Below the pieces are notes generated by a model, which did no database searches, was not told the DNA's origin, and saw only the letters and a list, made by a program, of their open reading frames with translations. Positions 26,301 to 34,925 of a DNA stretch of 64,000 nucleotides are shown here, in pieces. How positions within the stretch are numbered: position 1 is the stretch's first letter; every line of letters starts with the position of its first letter. The stretch is from Nemertoderma westbladi (lineage: Eukaryota > Animalia > Xenacoelomorpha). The translations under genes and the position numbers were made by a program. The stretch is from the NCBI GenBank assembly GCA_032718475.1, contig JAUCBJ010004839.1, positions 62,001-126,000 on the forward strand, written 5' to 3'.

Positions 26301-26716
26301 TTGCTACTCAAAGCAGACATGAATTCTACGTCCCTCTTGAATGTGTTGTGGAACTGTTCCAGTGTTACCGCAGTAACTCTTCACGGCTAACTGTTTCATC
26401 ACTTTATCCAATCGTTTAGTTTTAATTAGTTATTAATTATGTTTAATTAGTGTTAATTAGTTATAATTAGTTTTCAATTATTTTTCAGTTTAGCGAATTA
26501 TTGGGTAACAAGGAAGGAACTGCAAGAGGTCGAGGTTTGGGTACCGACGTTGGCATAGTAACCAGTATGATGTTTGTGGCGCAGTTTACTCTGAATCTGG
26601 GTCTCGGTACTGCAATGAAGTACGCTGGTACCAAAACTATTTCACCTATCGTAAGCGCCACTGTTGGAGGGATAGCATTCATATCGGCCTTCCAAATAGA
26701 CTACATGGATATCTAG
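5188..26716 (+). CDS. SLC45: SLC45-family MFS transporter (putative H+/sugar symporter), 9 coding exons, 583 aa; paralog not assignable
   Basis: Exons 5188-5354, 5979-6362, 11636-11783, 15192-15304, 16447-16638, 19220-19404, 19804-19962, 20997-21172, 26489-26716 join in frame (1752 nt) with GT-AG introns. Family motifs: [28 protein letters not shown].D...SPIRAYLLD, FTDFVGESVFGGSPTAP, RGLGTD. Confidence 0.92.
5386..5716 (+). mobile_element. Short Helentron/HINE-like element in SLC45 intron 1
   Basis: Starts tgtggggcgagccacgaagt, has a (gtc)n-like tract and about 50-bp imperfect subterminal inverted repeats, ends cacttcgtgctgcgcgaaggccccac. Same termini as 13540-14089 and 37508-38795. Confidence 0.65.
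5979..6362 (+). CDS. SLC45: SLC45 exon 2
   Basis: cccag| then [33 protein letters not shown]...LLDFSTDANSSPIRAYLLDVC; donor gtaggt. Confidence 0.93.
6381..6565. repeat. 25-bp minisatellite (ggcctacatctctctgttacaagta)n, about 7 units
   Basis: Direct reading. Confidence 0.9.
6566..7213. mobile_element. One arm of a MULE/foldback-like element with (aaaaatatcgagagt)n subrepeats
   Basis: Begins ggtaatggtaaaaaatatcgagacttg, as at 49495. 6890-7213 is the reverse complement of about 49880-50170. Confidence 0.75.
7214..8002 (-). repeat. SINE-derived 37/36-bp minisatellite, left half (about 21 units)
   Basis: Opens with the SINE tail (aaggctcc...tcgatagctgctacccgagggtagggg); unit ctacccgagggtaggggtgggcgctacttcctatctg. 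Confidence 0.95.
8003..10277 (+). mobile_element. 5'-truncated non-LTR retrotransposon (L2/RTE-X-like RT) inserted into the minisatellite; (TAA)n tail
   Basis: Frame is open from the 8003 junction to 9796. RT motifs: KSPDTMG, YKGKGRD..SFRQIA, QFAYQK, LDVTGAFD, GVKQGSLTSP, YADDILL. Confidence 0.9.
8135..9796 (+). CDS. Reverse transcriptase of the LINE (N-terminally truncated, no endonuclease)
   Basis: 553-aa uninterrupted ORF with complete RT core including YADD. Confidence 0.88.
   Translation: MQNSCPDAVVPTVSAMTLQRAILAISTGKSPDTMGLVIEHVLSLDANFICRILADIINVCLRTGHIPEFFGETILTSLYKGKGRDINHHKSFRQIATVSLFGKIFESIVLLKFLPIQDLIPNAQFAYQKKIGSDLVISALLEFLESQRRSGNTVFLCQLDVTGAFDYVEFVCLFRNLKDNVNPYVCLALLNYYLCTVAYLKFGNEVQVEGIPITKGVKQGSLTSPALFIFYTRDVLHCLDESGLGFLLDLLWLGSIAYADDILLIGRTVGELTTAVEIVETQLAKIGLKIEGSKTKWAYCLGQGCSSQSIPSLININGTLITSCEQITFLGFPVNTSKKCHLQDCIQIIASVSDRFHKNGWTIRWLDVDTLGYIWRTVAIPTVLYTAKFFVGSLTNSELQQLDIYYRKILRGLLFLGSYASNAVVYSLLGCYSFSAEIFKTGTNMIHRIQSCPNTLLQSILHACLQKNAGYTKSANYVGLGSVYSKCMDAYPMPRLNSMLSSQYNRSELLKHFQCSALTFSEQMDTTFVKSCYVQSAPFITKHDRILQYYNLV
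10278..11490 (-). repeat. SINE-derived 37/36-bp minisatellite, right half (about 32 units)
   Basis: Same unit as 7214-8002; exits into cctatcctaagttttgctcc, matching the SINE sequence cctatcccaagatttgctcc. Confidence 0.95.
11636..11783 (+). CDS. SLC45: SLC45 exon 3
   Basis: ggcag| then MFTFLAGAGGSIIYIVSAIDW...LALLLIL; donor gtaaga. Confidence 0.9.
13251..13342. repeat. 17-bp tandem repeat (ccctcctagtttatttc), about 5 units
   Basis: Direct reading. Confidence 0.9.
13540..14089 (-). mobile_element. Helentron/HINE-like element with (GAC)n microsatellite, about 70-bp inverted repeats and two CTCF-like motifs
   Basis: Reverse complement is near-identical to 37508-37950; gccctctagcgg at about 13636 and 13781; no TSD seen. 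Confidence 0.75.
15192..15304 (+). CDS. SLC45: SLC45 exon 4
   Basis: tacag| then TTITLLSNPEIPL...; donor gtgaga; phases match both neighbours. Confidence 0.85.
16447..16638 (+). CDS. SLC45: SLC45 exon 5 (central cytoplasmic loop)
   Basis: accag| then SSIGDNIATEIILEET...DPKERML; donor gtttgt; phase 2-2. Confidence 0.8.
19220..19404 (+). CDS. SLC45: SLC45 exon 6
   Basis: tttag| then ...TLKEYLLSIVRMPQRLRIVCFTNYLCWMSLMCYAMYFTDFV; donor gttcgt. Confidence 0.92.
19804..19962 (+). CDS. SLC45: SLC45 exon 7
   Basis: tgcag| then GESVFGGSPTAPPYSESSHRYSKGVRLACVGLA...KLIIRFG; donor gttggt. Confidence 0.92.
19990..20396 (+). mobile_element. Kolobok-like non-autonomous DNA element (partial)
   Basis: Homologous to 39953-40710 and 22702-23060; ends ggtcccc|ttaa. 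Confidence 0.55.
20997..21172 (+). CDS. SLC45: SLC45 exon 8
   Basis: tttag| then GSKKIYI...GAIYTSTFVMPFNLVAYYHASGV; donor gtaagt. Confidence 0.92.
21394..23060 (+). mobile_element. Kolobok-like non-autonomous element split by a CRE insertion
   Basis: ttaa|gggtacc start. 21421-21447 plus 22702 onward rejoin to match 39970 onward. Confidence 0.6.
21448..22701 (+). mobile_element. CRE-clade non-LTR retrotransposon fragment with poly(A) tail and 10-bp TSD
   Basis: DVKGAIRLAS, FPCGSAGGPD.MRPQILKDL, K.SGGIQPIAVG.ALRRL, QLGIG...GAEAA, LP.R.GGLG...APSAFLAS. Has stops and an internal deletion of the YxDD core. TSD tttataaact at 21438-21447 and 22702-22711. Confidence 0.8.
23267..24969 (+). mobile_element. 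RTE-clade LINE, 5'-truncated and frameshifted, (TAG)n tail, 73-bp TSD
   Basis: PVPKKGNL..FRGISL, QNGFRKGR, FVDFFKAFDS, GVLQGDTLAPFLF, LDFADD, RLRFAGHC. Direct repeat at 23194-23266 and 24970-25042. Confidence 0.93.
26489..26716 (+). CDS. SLC45: SLC45 exon 9 (terminal)
   Basis: ttcag| then FSELLG...RGRGLGTDVGIVTSMMFVAQ...IDYMDI*. Confidence 0.92.
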   Translation, partial: FSELLGNKEGTARGRGLGTDVGIVTSMMFVAQFTLNLGLGTAMKYAGTKTISPIVSATVGGIAFISAFQIDYMDI

Positions 26717-27748
26717 CAAATACAAAAAATTATTTTAGCAAAATACAAAAATTACATTACCAATATTCATTAAATAATATGTAATTATTGGACCACAGGG
26801 ATATTAAAATTAAATATAAGTTCAAAATTAAATGCTAAATGGCATGGTGGTGATCGTCTTACATTAATCGTCAGTGCCGGTGGACTCAGCAATATAGCAA
26901 CCACAGTTCTCACGTTGAGCCATACAGTCCATCCTTATTCTCATCTCCGGTGTCCTTATACTTTAGAATTTATAATGTTATAGGCTAAGATAAGGCAAGT
27001 GTAATTTGTTGACACAATAACTTAGCTATTTTGTGTCTGGCATTGCGTTTAGAACAACTGACTTTTGCTTTAGAACTAAAGTGAATATCTTTTCATTTAG
27101 AAATAAAGTCCATTGGAACTAAAGTATACTTTATAACTGATGATGGGATGCCACCATATAGGCAATGTTGTTTACCCTTGCTCAGTATTCTGGTATACGT
27201 ACCTTCCAGATATCTGGTGTCTTCAGCTGTTACAGTCCAGGATTGAGCAGCACAGGTTCCACTGCAGCAGGGAGTAGGCGTACCTTTAAAGAGTATGAGA
27301 TATCACAGCACTTCCAGATCTTAGATAGCTTGTGCATGGTAGATCAGGCTCTCAATTTGCGAATTCAGAGAACTTCATCAGACCACCGAACACATGTTCC
27401 AAGGTGCAGAAGTCATTCACATGACTTACAAGTCCTTCCAGCGATTAAATATTATGATGTTAAAGTTTCTGCTGGTGTGAGTCTAACATTTTTGGTCTTT
27501 GACCTATTCACATGAGACCATAACTTGATGCATCCTCCACTATGTTAGATAATAGCTTTTTTTTTTTTTTTTTTTTTTTCTTAGGTGACAGTAAATCAAG
27601 GTTATCAGCAAATCATCATCATCCTGTTAAATGTGGTTCTCTAAAAAAAGAAGAAAATTCAATTATTCACTGTCATATTCGTTATTTTCTAGCGCAAAAT
27701 GAAATTCCAAATTGTAATCTGAAGTGAACGCTGATGAAGAATTAATGC

Positions 27749-30190
27749 CAATTGATAATTATATTATTTATTAATTATCAAACAATTTAATTAAAAAGCC
27801 TCACCGGAAGGTATTCAATCACCAAAGTAAGTAAAAACTAAAAAGGTACTGGTCCTAGACGGTTGCATGCAATCAGTTATTCAGTGCATTCAGCTGACGG
27901 GAGGTTTCTCCTCACAAAGGAAGGCATTCTCAGGGGGCCAAACCAAAAGATTACATTTGTGAAGTGTGAAAACCCAAAGGGGGAAGGAAGGAACGGGCAA
28001 TGAAACAACGATATGTGTGACCAGTAACTATCCACTGGGAAGCAGTACCACAAACTTGCCCAAAACACGTTTCTGCTCGTTGGTAATAAAAATATGTCGA
28101 ATATAATACATTTCAAACTTTTGCAGAACAAACAACAATGGGTGCCGTGCAATTTCTTTGAAATGTTTAAATAGCTCGAACCATTCAGTCAGCAAACGTA
28201 TATTGGGCTCGCCACGATGTGTCATGATGTGGTTGTGTACAGTCTGGCCTTGTTCACTACCATCCCCAGGAGTCCCATCCTGGTGATATCTAACGCGTTT
28301 TGGATAGTATGTCCAACTTATGTATCCTTACAAGAGGGAAATTTCGTCGGAACTACGTTTCTATCGCAACTACGTCTGTCAGAAAGATGTTGTTGCTATG
28401 GGGTCCCCATTGTGGCCCATACTCGCCAACATCTTTCTTTTTCGGTTTGACGTGCCGATCGCTACTGTCACCAAACTTATTGAGAGGTACGTCAATGACG
28501 TGTTCAGTGTTGGTAGTAACAACCCCACTGCAAAGCTGAGGGAGGTCAATGGCCTGCATCCCAATCTTAAGTTTACTCTTGAGATGGAGGAAGAGGAACA
28601 GGGCCACTTGCCCTTTCTTGTTTTCTTGGTTTCACGTGTCACACGTGGGAGTGACGCTCTTTCGGCTGCTTGGTACCACAAACCTACAGATACGGGCTCG
28701 TCTTTAATGTTACTGCATGTGCCCCTGAGACTTCCAAACGCGGTGTAGTTTGGGGTATGTTCCACAACTCCACACCGCTATTGGGGAAGCTAACCCATAT
28801 AACCAATAACTAATATAATGTTACGATGATCCAACACGAGCTCACTGGGCCAGAAACTCTGTTTTGTGGCCAAAATTTATTGTTTCTAGAAATATTCACA
28901 GTTTTAGCACTATTTTTCATCTATCCGTGTTTTCGATAGAGGCGAATCTTCAGAGATGGATCTCAAATGGCCCACAGGGTGCCTTTGTGCCATTTCTGGA
29001 ACTTGCCATGTGTTAAACAAGAATCTGTTAACAGGGTGTTGAAATGTTAAAAAATGATTTAGGCTAATCTAGTGGCACAGAAGTGCTATTTTTTTTAGCA
29101 TGTGGCACATGGTTCTTCTGTTTTGTAGTTTTGGCATGGCACTAAATATCAAAATTGCTAAAGCTTCATAGAAATGTGCCATTTTCGGTTTTTATAGGTT
29201 TGGTGCTAATTAAGTATAATAATGGCTGATTCGATTACAAAAGGTTTCGAATTCTCTAGTAGCACAGAGGTGCCACCTTTTAGCATGTGCAACATGGCAT
29301 ATTTGTTTAGCAAGTCACTTTTGGGGTATTTAGTCCAACTGTGGCCGACTGTGCGCTAGAGGGCGTACGAGCAGTAGTCTAGACGACGGAGTACCAGCGG
29401 TTGTTCCCCGAGGTCATTGACCCGGTGGATCTTGCAACTGCTGACTAGGCCCATTATCTGTAGGTTTCAGTGCCGAGGTCGGGCAACAGATCTGTTTGTG
29501 CGAAGGTTGAGTGGTCTCATACCAACGTCACGCACATCCAAACTGAAAACACTCTTAAACACCAAATATTCTGTCCCAAATATTCTTGCTTCTAAAGTTG
29601 TGTATTCTCATTCTCTTGTCCATCTTATTAAGGGGGAATATTTTTGACACACTATCCATTATCCGACAACTATTTGAAAGCGTTAGACATCACCAGGATG
29701 GGACTGTTAAGGATGGTAGCGAACAAGGCAAGACTGTACACAACCACATCATGATACACCGTGGCGAGACCAATACACGTTGGCTGACTGACTGGCGCGA
29801 ACTAGTTAAACATTTCAAAGAAATTGCACTGCACCCATTGTTGCCTGTTCTGCAAATGCTTGAAATATATTATATTCGTACGCGCCGGCCCATTATCAAC
29901 AAACATATACGTGATTGGCGCAAGTTTGTGGTGCTGCTTCCTGGTAGATGGTTACTGGTATATCTTTGTTTCATTGCCTGTTCCTTCTCCCTTTGGGACT
30001 TCACACTCCAAATGTCCTCTCTTGGCTTGTCCTCCTGAGAATGCCTTCCTTCGTCATGCGAAACCCACCGTCAGCTGATCAATGATTGCTAGTCTAGGTC
30101 CAGTTGCTTTTCAGTATTTTACATATTTTGGTCCTTGCATTCCAACCGGAAAAGTTTTGTTTTACTTAACTTGCTTGGATGATAATTATA
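27749..30190 (+). mobile_element. Degenerate Penelope-like element with inverted 3' arm
   Basis: RT at 28330-28790 (AMGSPL.PILANIF, RYVNDVF, LHPNLKFTLE, LPFL, WYHKPTDTG), linker ...SKVVY near 29600 and GIY-YIG remnant near 29750-29900. 27760-28330 is a diverged inverted copy of 29640-30190. An unrelated insert lies at about 28800-29340. Confidence 0.8.
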
Positions 30191-31292
30191 ATAATAATAA
30201 TAATATATATTTATATAGCGCCTTTCTGAACATATTTCAAGGCGCTTAAAAACTATTTGAAACCAACTAAAAAGGCTACGTACAGAGAATTAATTAATAA
30301 CTAAAAAGTTTGAACAATATTAAATAAAAATCAGCAATATTCCTCTTTGTACAGGTGAGTTTTGAGTCGCGATTTAAACAGAGTCAGCGTCGTGGCATCT
30401 CTAACTTCTTGCGGGAGGGAGTTCCAGATTGTTGGTGCCGCAATTGAGAACGCCCGTCTCCCGTAATTATGCAAGTAAAACTGCGGTACAAATAGAAGTC
30501 CCTTATCAGCAGACCGTAATTGTCGTGGAGGTACATAGGGAGTTATTAAATGGGTCAAGTAGGCAGGAGCAGCACCATGTAAACACTTGAATGTCAACAA
30601 AGCTATTTTAAATTTGATCCGTAAATTTACAGGTAACCAATGCAAACGTTTAAGGACTGGAGTGATGTGCTCTTGTTTCTTAACGCCCTCTAGCAGTCGC
30701 GCTGCGGAATTCTGTACATATTGTAATTTTTTGATTGACTTCGAGGGTAATCCATAATATAATGAGTTGTTGCTGTCGAGTTTGTTTGTGACAAAGGCGT
30801 GAATTAAGATTTCAAGGTCATGTCTGCTGAGGTACCGTTTAATTTTAGCCAAACTTCGAAGATGAAGAAATGCATCTCGGACCGTTGTACTTATTTGATT
30901 GCTGTATGTCAGATTTGAATCCACGATGAAACCTATATTACGTGCCTTGTCGCTGCAGCTGATCAGGTCATCCCCTATTTGTATGTTAGGGGGCGTTAGT
31001 TGTTTACCGAAACGGGACTGCAGAAGGATAATCTCCGTTTTATCTGAGTTCATTTTCAATAAATTATCTTCCATCCACTTCTTTACATCGGCCACGCAAC
31101 GTTCAGTCACCTCAACAGCGACGGACGAATTAATAGGTTTAAAACTAATGTATAGCTGTGTATCGTCCGCGTACAAATGATACGAGAGGCCGTGGTTGCG
31201 AATAACATTTGAAAGCGAACGAGTGTATATCGAAAATAATATAGGCCCAAGTACCGATCCTTGTGGCAGCCCGTACAGCAAATCCAACCGGT
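30190..31292 (-). mobile_element. L2-clade LINE 3' part (RT ORF 30331-31287)
   Basis: [69 protein letters not shown]; L2-type tail aagcgccttg...ggcgctatataaat(att)n. Confidence 0.93.
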
Positions 31293-32791
31293 TTGAATAA
31301 TAATCGGTAATTGATAAATAATATAATTATCAATTGATAAATTGTAATTTGTGAAAAAGATACATTATGTCAACTTAACAGCGTTCTGGTGAATTACTCG
31401 AAACGCTGCAATGTACTACTTTGCAGACTTGCGGCCTATAGGACGGAACGCTGCAAAGTAATCAATGACATGGAAACAACTTCAATTACTGTATTCCAGA
31501 ATGTATTATTTCCATTTATATTAATGAGTGCTGCTTTATTATCCAGTTTGCAGTTACGGGACTAGCTACTGGATGTAAATAATTGTTTAACATGTACTGT
31601 AATCCAAATTGGGAAACGTCCAATAGAAGACACTAAATTAACCAAAGAAAGTGACGACAGTGTTCAGTAAAACTGTACGGACACAGACGGTGACTAAGTT
31701 TGCTTCAGTCGACTATAGTCAAGATGGATTAATGATTTATCACATCCAAGCAGGAGATAACTTCCAATAAACTTTAATTAGATTTAAAAGTATAATTAAT
31801 ACTGTGTACCTGTTAATAAATTTCACTTTTTAATGATTAAAATGTATAAATGAGCAAAAAAATAATATAAATAAATTCCTTTCTTCACATACCGAACGCT
31901 AATAAGTTGACATAATGTAACAAAATTACATACATCATTGCTTGCAAAGGTCACTTTTCAGCGTTAAAGACCCTTGTTTATTTATGTAAACCTCCCTCGC
32001 TGCGCTCGCTCAGTTATAGTCAAAACTATTTTCCATAAAACCAATAATTTGTACCACAATGATATTTTTCTCCCAACATTTTATGGAAAAATTCTTGTTG
32101 TACATTTTGAATATTAATAATAATAATTATTGTTAATTAGTATTAATTAACTATGTAATTGTAGAATGTATTAGTATATTATATTCAGAATGTAAAGTGT
32201 TTATTGGTTTAATTTATAGGAGCTAAAGTCCGTATTATATCATAAATATACAGTGTATGTCAATATTTTAATTTATAGTTATTATATAAAGGGACAATTT
32301 ACAAACCACAGTGAGTTGGAACCGGTTTATAGGTATAAAGGGGTGTGAAGAAAACCGAGATTAACAACAATGTTTTATTATTCAAAAAAATAATATATAT
32401 AATATAATATTACAATAGCTTTCGATAAATTATTTCAATCTCTGTCAGGGTGTTAATAATACTAAATTACCGGTATTTCTGGAATTATTTATTAGACAAT
32501 AAAATAATGCTGTTAGTATTAAGATTTTAATTAATACAGTAGTAACAATGAATGAAACGGTAGTAGTGCCGACCATAATATATAACCAGAAAAAATTTAT
32601 ATATGAATTCCGAACCTAACTTACGGTATGTAATGAAAAATAAAAGTAATACTTACAGGTATATCTCTAATCAATTGTCAAGCCGTGTGATACTGGGTCT
32701 ATTGACTGCCTGTTCAGCGACCTAGATGCAGCCTTAACTGCATTCTTAGCCGCTGTAGTCTGTTTGAGTCGGGACTCTTTATGCGCCTTAT

Positions 32792-33473
32792 GGTCTGTTA
32801 TAATGCACCATTGAATGGTGTTTCCAAATCTGAAAACCGCTATTTAATAGCTCTTTTAGTTTTCAAGTTATGTAAATTTCCATTTAGGGATTCCTATTGA
32901 AATTACTATTACTATGTATAATGGAAGGTCGATTATCTCAAAATATTTTTTTTATGAAATTGTCAACTTCAAAACCCTACTACTTCTACAATTTTTGAGC
33001 AATTAGTCTGAAACTTCCTGTGGGTGTCTAGATAGCCACCCTGCACAAAAGTATCAGACAACTTTTCGAAATTTTTTGTTAATAAAATTTAATACTATTT
33101 ATAAAAAACCTAAAAATTTGCATAAATTTGCAGCGCCACCTAGCGGTGCAGAATTATTTTAACAAAATTTCACCTGATAGTTAGTTATGTTGCCCCATCT
33201 CTAATCTATCATATAAAAAAACTTTCATGTGATTAGGTTCAAAACTGTAAAAGCCTTAAGGTTTTAAGCGCAACCAAGTTTTTTTTATTGTTAACTAGTA
33301 TTAACTAATATTAAATAGCGAAAAAAAAAAAATTTCTGACCTGTCATGTAGAATAGCATCTTAGGCACCAATATTCCAAATTATAGCCGAAAACAAACAA
33401 TTTTGAAACGCTGAGAGTGATAAATGGAAGAGTTGTCCGAAAATGGTGTACCCCCCCCCCCCCCCCCCCCCCC
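32792..33473 (-). mobile_element. Kolobok-like non-autonomous element (TTAA target) carrying a CTCF-like motif
   Basis: Flanks are ttat (32788-32791) and ttaa (33474-33477). 33105-33473 is the reverse complement of 63661-64000. gcgccacctagcgg at about 33133. Confidence 0.7.
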
Positions 33474-34540
33474 TTAAGTCCCATCATGTGAGGACTTCAG
33501 CAATACTTTGCAGAAACAAGTTGCTTCTTACGAGAGGTGCCTAGCCTAATGTCGAATGGTATGGGCCATGGAGCCGAAATTTATTAGCTACTGTATCTTG
33601 AGGGTAAAAATTACTTACAGTAGTACACACAATTTCATGTAAATGTGCAATTATTGTAACTTTTCGTAAAAATTATAATAAATTTGGCATTATTAGGTTG
33701 TATATTGTGCCCTTTCTTTTCCAAAAATTTATTCGAACTGACCATTTTCCGAGACACACTTGTCTGCTAATTTCTGGGGATGGGTATTATATTTTATTGC
33801 AGGCAGGCACATCTTCATACATGTTACATGTTACATGTTACATACATGTTGAATATTTAAAGTATAACACTAAATTATCGCAGTGCAGTGCCACCAAGCG
33901 TTTAATACTGGAACATACTAAAGGTTTCATGAATTAAAATACTAAAAATCTCTCTAGGTGGCGTCAATAACTTATGGTAGGTGGGAGGGGGGGAGGGGGA
34001 TGCGGCGTTGGTGTAAATTTACGGGGTGAGGTGGGGGTAAGTGCTGGAGCTGGGGGATATTACAATAATCACTTGGCGGTGGTGGTCATGGTAGCACCAA
34101 TCACTTTCATCTCTATCCGAAGACCAACATCATCCTGCCGAAAACACGTAACTGGTGCGATGGACAGCACGGGCGTGCATCCAACCCCGCAAAGAATTGC
34201 GGAGCTTACACCAGTTATCCTGATATGTTGTGTATATGCACGTTGAATTATGGTGCACCGGCTCGAAAGGAAATTCTAAAAGTGGCGAAATCGCAGATAT
34301 AGATGGACCGATATACACCCGTCAATTCGCGCAGAGTACAGACGTTTATTCGAGATCGTTGATAAAGAAAATCCCGCCCAGAAAACAATGGTCGTCTGGT
34401 TGAGTATAACTTTAAATCTAAAAGCGTCCGCATCCGTGGAGGAGTTTTTTAGCAGCTCGTCATGAAGATATTGACGTCAAAATTTCATGCTGGAGTGTTG
34501 CTGGCATTTCCAATAAGACTAGTTTACCCAATGTATCTAC

Positions 34541-34925
34541 GATTCTTAATATATATATATAATGCAACTGCAATGCAGCATTCCGATCGTAGTAGTAGTA
34601 GTATGCTACAATGCAGCATGCCTAATGTGCAGTAGTAGTAGTATGCTACAATACAGCATGCCTAATGTGCAGTAGTAGTAGTAGTAGTAGTAGTATGCTA
34701 CAATGCAGCATGCCTATGCCTAATGTGCAGTAGTAGTAGTATGCTACAATAAAGCATGCCTAATGTGCAGTAGTAGTAGCAGTAGTAGTATGCTACAATG
34801 CAGCATGCCTAATGTGCAGTAGTAGTAGTAGTAGTAGTATGCTACAATGCAGCATGCCTAATGTGCAGTAGTAGTAGTATGCTACAATACAGCATGCCTA
34901 ATGTGCAGTAGTAGTAGTAGTAGAA
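34541..34925 (+). repeat. Minisatellite derived from RTE 3' tail, (atgctacaatgcagcatgcctaatgtgc(agt)n)
   Basis: 34541-34600 matches the RTE tails at 24925-24969 and 44152-44215 (reverse complement); about 8 derived units follow. Confidence 0.8.

Noticed and set aside
30030-30075. Active hammerheads at about 30035, 27900, 4212, 32420 and 46265
   Set aside because: Cores deviate from CUGANGA and/or the stems are broken; treated as decayed PLE remnants.
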